DNA from: Methanobacterium sp.
Lineage (GTDB): Archaea; Methanobacteriota; Methanobacteria; Methanobacteriales; Methanobacteriaceae
DNA: 24,076 nucleotides
Assembly (NCBI GenBank): GCA_003166335.1
Contig: PMWA01000027.1
Span: 2,974 to 27,049, forward strand
Direction of reading: 5' to 3'
Below the pieces are notes generated by a model. That model searched no databases. It was not told where the DNA came from and saw only the letters and a program-made list of their open reading frames with translations. Both the position numbers and the translations under genes were made by a program. Below, in pieces: positions 19,074-24,076 of the stretch; position 1 is the first letter of the stretch; each line of letters begins with the position of its first letter.

Positions 19074-20276
19074 CTATTGTTTCATTGATCTACTGAACAA
19101 TGGTAATGCAATAGCCATTGTAATAGCACCGAAAGCCAATAATATAATTATATCGGTAGATACGTCTGCCACATTTGCATTTAAGAGCATTATTTTACGC
19201 ATAGCATCGGCTGCATAGGTTAAAGGAATCACATTAGAGATATCCTGCATAAACCATGGCATTTGTGATATTGGGAAGAAGATACCACCTAAAAACATCA
19301 TGGGGAACATGATCAGGTTCATAATCAGCGTACCTGTTCCCTGGCTTCCAGCCATGGATACGGCCATAATTCCTATTCCTATAAAGCTGAAAATACCCAG
19401 GATGACCATGAGAAATGCCAGTAGCAGGTTTCCTTGTATCGTCACCCCAAAGAGTAGTACGGCAAATATTAGTACGAATATAACCTGGATTAATCCTCTA
19501 AGGGACAGTGCTGTGGTTTTTCCAAGAAGAACTGAGAGATGGTTAATGGGTGCAGACAACATTCCATCAAATGTGCCCATTTCCTTTTCTTTAGAGATTG
19601 CTTCAGGAATACCAATCATAACAGCCATCATACCGATCATGATCATCAGCCCCGGCGCTAGGAAATTGAAGTAGTTAGTTGAACCGGGTATAGTAGTTAC
19701 AATATTCGGAGTATATGGTGCTATAACAGCTTGAGGATTGATTACCGGGTTTGTTACACTACTTAACTTTAAAACATTAGTGTCTGCTAATACTCCATTC
19801 AACCCACTCATGGTGCCTAATGACACTTGTTCAATCGATGCTGCATTTTGAGGATTACTGTTATCCACATAAATTAAAACATTTCCAGGTTGTCCATTTG
19901 TCACATTATTTGAGAATCCCGGAGGTATGACAAATGCACCATGTATTTTCCCTTGACTAATTGCTGTTTTAGCTGCATCAACACTAGAATAATTATTAAA
20001 GCTCATATAACTGCTATTTTTACTAGTTGCCAGTTGGTTATTCATAGTTTCCATTTGTGTTATGAATTCATTACTTCCGGCGCCTTGATCCAAGTTGACC
20101 AGCCCCATTGGAATATTTTCATGCGTGTTACCACTTGGGAAAATGAAGCCAAACATTACTAAGAAAATTAAGGGCATGATAGCAAGTGATGCTAGTTCCA
20201 TTCTGTTACGTTTGAACTCGATCATTTCCTTAGTAAATACATGGTAACTATCTTTTAATGTTTTTATTATATCCAT
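19074..20276 (-). CDS. ABC-2 type efflux permease (DrrB-like, large extracellular loop)
   Basis: KEMIEFKRN, VNLDQG, EKEMGTFDGMLSAP, GGIFFPISQMPWFMQDISNVIPLTYAADAMR. Confidence 0.95.
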   Translation of the reverse strand: MDIIKTLKDSYHVFTKEMIEFKRNRMELASLAIMPLIFLVMFGFIFPSGNTHENIPMGLVNLDQGAGSNEFITQMETMNNQLATSKNSSYMSFNNYSSVDAAKTAISQGKIHGAFVIPPGFSNNVTNGQPGNVLIYVDNSNPQNAASIEQVSLGTMSGLNGVLADTNVLKLSSVTNPVINPQAVIAPYTPNIVTTIPGSTNYFNFLAPGLMIMIGMMAVMIGIPEAISKEKEMGTFDGMLSAPINHLSVLLGKTTALSLRGLIQVIFVLIFAVLLFGVTIQGNLLLAFLMVILGIFSFIGIGIMAVSMAGSQGTGTLIMNLIMFPMMFLGGIFFPISQMPWFMQDISNVIPLTYAADAMRKIMLLNANVADVSTDIIILLAFGAITMAIALPLFSRSMKQ

Positions 20277-20280
20277 AATA

Positions 20281-21297
20281 TCACCTTATCCTCGCTTTGG
20301 GTGCTTTCTCGTGCCCATGATGTGTTGGAGCTGCTTTTTCGGTTGCTTGATCCCGTATTGTCTTACCTGTAACTGCTAAAAAAACGTCTTCCAGTGTAGA
20401 TTCATTGCTATTAGTTATGGATGCAATGTTCCCATCTTCATGACGGATAACATCAATGATCTGGTTAAGAGCATCTGTACCATTGGCACTTATTTTCAAA
20501 TTGTGATCATCTTGTTGTGCAACAGCATCAACTACATCAAGTGAATTAATCTTTCCAATCAGTTTAGGTGTCAGATTCGTAATTTTAGCGCCAAATACAG
20601 ATGTATCACTATCTGCTATTAGATTCTTCAGGTTTTGTGGAGTATCAAGAGCAGCAATCTTACCATGATCAATGATTGCAATTTTATCGCTTAGCGCTTC
20701 GGCTTCAATCATGGCATGTGTTGTTAATATGACCGTTACTCCGCTCTTGTTAATATCTCGGGTTATATCCCGTATCGAAAATGTAGTCTGTGGATCAAGG
20801 CCAAGTGTAGGCTCATCCATAAAGACTATCTTTGGTTCCGATAGCAGAGCTCTTATTACATTTATACGTTGTTTCATTCCGGTTGAAAATTTACTGATCT
20901 GTGTATGTTTCCATTCTTGCATGTTAACTAACTCGAGCAACTCATCAATTCTATCTTCAAGCTTTTGATTGGGTATTGCGTAGAGTTTCCCAAAAAATCG
21001 TAGATTTTCTGCGGCTGTAAGTTTATCATACATTATCATCTTTTCTGCAACCAATCCGATGTTCTCTCGGACTTTTGCAGGATCTTTTATAAGATCGTAA
21101 CCAGCTACTTTGGCAGAACCAGAAGTGGGGTTAGATAGCGTACAGAGCATCCTAATGGTAGTACTTTTACCGGCACCATTTGGACCTAAAAACCCAAATA
21201 TCTCATTTTCCTTTATGTCTAATGATAAATTATCCACTGCTGTGAAATCGCCGAACTTTTTAGTGATGTTTTTCATCTCTATAGCGTTTTCTGTCAT
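20281..21297 (-). CDS. ABC transporter ATP-binding subunit (DrrA-like)
   Basis: Walker A GPNGAGKST, signature FSTGMKQR, Walker B VFMDEPTLGLDP, H-loop TTH, C-terminal STLEDVFL. Confidence 0.97.
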   Translation of the reverse strand: MTENAIEMKNITKKFGDFTAVDNLSLDIKENEIFGFLGPNGAGKSTTIRMLCTLSNPTSGSAKVAGYDLIKDPAKVRENIGLVAEKMIMYDKLTAAENLRFFGKLYAIPNQKLEDRIDELLELVNMQEWKHTQISKFSTGMKQRINVIRALLSEPKIVFMDEPTLGLDPQTTFSIRDITRDINKSGVTVILTTHAMIEAEALSDKIAIIDHGKIAALDTPQNLKNLIADSDTSVFGAKITNLTPKLIGKINSLDVVDAVAQQDDHNLKISANGTDALNQIIDVIRHEDGNIASITNSNESTLEDVFLAVTGKTIRDQATEKAAPTHHGHEKAPKARIR

Positions 21298-21458
21298 TTT
21301 ATTCTCCTATTATTTTTAATTCCATTTTTTTAATTAAACATTTAGATACAGATTTCCAGTAAATCTGAAATCCAATAAACCTTGATAAATGTGAAATTTA
21401 TTTCTTTAACTGATTAAATGATAATTTAATCTACGTTAAAATAGATTTAAACTGTGAT

Positions 21459-21992
21459 TTAATCCTTATGAAGTGATTCTTGTATATTTTTGAGTCTTTC
21501 ACTCAGTAATCCTATTAATTCTTCATGGGGGACAAGTTTCTCTTTTTTAATATCCTCCAGGTAAGAAACATAGCTATCAATTTCTGTTAAAATGTTTTCT
21601 ATTGCTAATGTCCCTCGATTTCTACGTCTTCCGTGAAACCCTTGAAAACGTTTAAATATTTTATCGCTCATTTCTTGCCCTTTTGCTGTTAAATCGTACC
21701 TTCCATCTTCTCTTTTGTTTATTAGATTTTCAGATACCATTTTTTTAAGCATAGGATATACGGAGCCGGGTGAAGGTCTTCCGGAGTGTTTTTGGCCCCT
21801 AAAGTATGTATGGTGTAATCCATTATGATGAACTTGGACAGCATCCATGATTTCTACACCATTTTGAGGTCCATGTTCATCCAGTATGTGGAGTATCCAT
21901 ATTCTTAAACCTCCGAGTTTTTGCAATTCCTCTATTCTTTCATGAAAAGTTTTGTGAAGATCTTGGTGAAGATCATTTAATTTATCCCACAT
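21459..21992 (-). CDS. PadR family transcriptional regulator
   Basis: GLRIWILHIL...NGVEIMD...RPSPGSVYPMLKKMVSENLI...YDLTAKG; GGAGG RBS; heads the ABC operon. Confidence 0.93.
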   Translation of the reverse strand: MWDKLNDLHQDLHKTFHERIEELQKLGGLRIWILHILDEHGPQNGVEIMDAVQVHHNGLHHTYFRGQKHSGRPSPGSVYPMLKKMVSENLINKREDGRYDLTAKGQEMSDKIFKRFQGFHGRRRNRGTLAIENILTEIDSYVSYLEDIKKEKLVPHEELIGLLSERLKNIQESLHKD

Positions 21993-22113
21993 TTTTTATC
22001 ATTTCCTCCTTTATCACTTAGTCGATAAAACATCGTTAATTTGATATTAAATATTGGCTATTACATCGTTTTTATTTTAATTATGAAGTTGTTCACAAAT
22101 TTTTATTGTTTTA

Positions 22114-22155
22114 TCGATATCGAATAATAGATATTAAACTTTTTTAGTATATAAA
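22114..22155 (-). promoter_or_regulatory. padR promoter: TATA box and palindrome near the predicted start site
   Basis: Minus-strand TTTATATA at 22148-55; palindrome TCGATATCGA at 22114-23, about 25 nt downstream. Confidence 0.6.
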
Positions 22156-22264
22156 ACTTATGGTTATACACATGAACTACTTAAAGTAAAAACCAGATTT
22201 TTATTTAGATTACTGAATCAATGCTTAACTGGCACTTTAATAGCATACTCTCTTGCCAGCATTT

Positions 22265-22576
22265 TTAATCATCTTGTTTCCAGTAGTTCTCATAATCTGT
22301 TTTAACCTTTTCAAGTTCCTCTTCTAACTCTTGATCAGAAATATCCATATTTGATTTAAGGTTGTTGAAATATAGATTGATAAAATTACCATTTGTTCTT
22401 ATAATGGCCTCTGCTCTAACTTTTAAGTCTTCATATGGTTTATAACTCTTTAAACATGTTTCGAAAAATGGCCATGCCTGATCTATTAATTCATCATCTG
22501 CAAATGTTAATTTGAAGAATTTTTTATCCTTTTTGCTATTATTTCCATTTTCTTTAAATTTTATAAGCTGCAGCAT
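22265..22576 (-). CDS. Hypothetical protein (103 aa)
   Basis: GAGGAGA RBS upstream, protein-like composition, acidic helical C-terminus; no family recognised. Confidence 0.65.
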   Translation of the reverse strand: MLQLIKFKENGNNSKKDKKFFKLTFADDELIDQAWPFFETCLKSYKPYEDLKVRAEAIIRTNGNFINLYFNNLKSNMDISDQELEEELEKVKTDYENYWKQDD

Positions 22577-22717
22577 AAAAAAAATTTATCTCCTCTACAG
22601 GGTTTAAGGGTTTAAAATGGTGTATCTAAAATCTACCATCTTCTAGAACAGCAAATTAAACAATTTATTTCATGTATGAACGTACCGTAAAATTTTAACC
22701 GGGTAGATTTTTTTATT

Positions 22718-24076
22718 TTAACTAGTTTTTTCTTTTGATTCCACTGTTTGTGGGGTTAAATCAGCTTTTGAACCTGTTTTGGGTGGTTCTTCTTTGTATA
22801 TATATTTTCCTCCTCGTAGTGCTGATAGTATGGCGGCTATTGCGGATATTATTGCTCCAATGTAGAATGATATCCTTAGTGATGGTATAAACGCGTTTTG
22901 AAGGGTTGATGGGAACCACGTGATGCCAGTTAAGGTGTTTAATGTTGAATGAGGTATAGGTGCTACAAATGATGCTGGTAAAGCTGTTAATATTCCTGTA
23001 ACAGGATTGTAACCTAATAAAGCTGAAAATAAAGCCGCAGTTGGTGGAATATTACTTAGAATAGGGGCTAATTGAACAGCTCCTATACTGGCTAGTGAAG
23101 AGGTCATAGCTTCAGGGAAGTTTTGAGTTAATCCTATTACAACTATGGTGAAGAATATAGCTATACTGGCAGGCACGGCAGTGTTGAACATGGTATACAT
23201 CATACCCGATGCCACACCCCTATCTTTGGCGGGTACTGAGTTCATTATGGCAGCGTTGTTGGGGGAGCCGAACATTCCATTTCCAATTCCCATCATAAAC
23301 AATATTAAACCTAATTCTAGGTAACTGAAATTTATGGGTAGTGCCACTAGTAATAGGAAAGATAATGTAACAATAGTCATTCCCGTGGTGGCTATCCAGC
23401 GTGGTCCGTATTTATCGGATAATATACCTGAAATCGGTCCCATGATGATCATTCCTACTGTGAGGGGTATCAGGTAAATTCCCGCCCAGAATGGAGTGGA
23501 ACTGTAACTGTAACCATGTAATGGTAGCCAGATGCCCTGTAATAGTATTATGATCAAGATCATCACACCGCCTCGAGCTAATGCACTTAGTAAAGTTGCT
23601 AGAATTCCATAAGTAAAACTTTTAATTTTAAATAAATCTAACCGGAACATGGGTGATTCAACACGGTTTTCAACAATTGGGAATAGGATCAGTGAGATTA
23701 ATCCGAGTATCATGGAGGTTATTACCCAGGGGTTGTTCCATCCCATGGAATTGCTTCCGTAAGGTATTAATGCATAAGTTACACCCACCAGTAAGAGGGT
23801 TATGCCTAAAACGAATGTAATGTTTCCCCATATGTCAATTTTAGTTTTCAAAGCTTTAATGGATAATTCTTTAAGTTTATAGGATAATACAAACCCTGAG
23901 ATACCGAATGGTACACTGATTAAGAATACGTATCTCCAATAAAATACTGCTAGTATACCTCCCAGTACTAAGCCTAGGAAAGTTCCAGACATTCCTGCAA
24001 CTACATTTATACCTAAAGCTTTTCCTCGTTCATTAGAGGGGAATGCATCTGTTAGTATAGCTGCACTATTCGCCAT
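22718..24076 (-). CDS. MFS transporter (DHA2-like), 5' end lies outside the window
   Basis: [40 protein letters not shown]. Its paralog at 1..1430 has about 120 more N-terminal residues, so the ATG at 24076 is internal. Confidence 0.94.
   Translation of the reverse strand: MANSAAILTDAFPSNERGKALGINVVAGMSGTFLGLVLGGILAVFYWRYVFLISVPFGISGFVLSYKLKELSIKALKTKIDIWGNITFVLGITLLLVGVTYALIPYGSNSMGWNNPWVITSMILGLISLILFPIVENRVESPMFRLDLFKIKSFTYGILATLLSALARGGVMILIIILLQGIWLPLHGYSYSSTPFWAGIYLIPLTVGMIIMGPISGILSDKYGPRWIATTGMTIVTLSFLLLVALPINFSYLELGLILFMMGIGNGMFGSPNNAAIMNSVPAKDRGVASGMMYTMFNTAVPASIAIFFTIVVIGLTQNFPEAMTSSLASIGAVQLAPILSNIPPTAALFSALLGYNPVTGILTALPASFVAPIPHSTLNTLTGITWFPSTLQNAFIPSLRISFYIGAIISAIAAILSALRGGKYIYKEEPPKTGSKADLTPQTVESKEKTS

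Overview
AT-rich (by eye) archaeal chromosomal window, most likely from a Methanobacterium-like member of Methanobacteriales. This is inferred from GGTGA/GGAGG ribosome-binding sites, TTTA(T/A)ATA boxes, TTG starts and the gene families present. Two same-strand, closely related MFS transporter paralogs bracket the window. Between them lie uspA, a Zn-ribbon microprotein, an M14-like hydrolase, ppx-ppk1, a MarR-MFS-TauE-aldo/keto reductase cluster, a DUF2178/XRE pair, a PadR-ABC efflux operon and several small hypothetical genes. The most striking property is the density of disrupted genes: an alpha/beta hydrolase (5 frameshifts and a stop), the aldo/keto reductase, a SAM methyltransferase, a TMEM175 K+ channel, a split hypothetical gene and a PhzF relic. 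Also notable are an unannotated 31-aa membrane microprotein, candidate operators at three regulator promoters, and a possible provirus-derived relic at about 17.5-18.8 kb with twin palindromes and a very acidic small protein. I found no CRISPR array, tRNA/rRNA, transposase or integrase, and no complete novel system can be demonstrated from the sequence alone.
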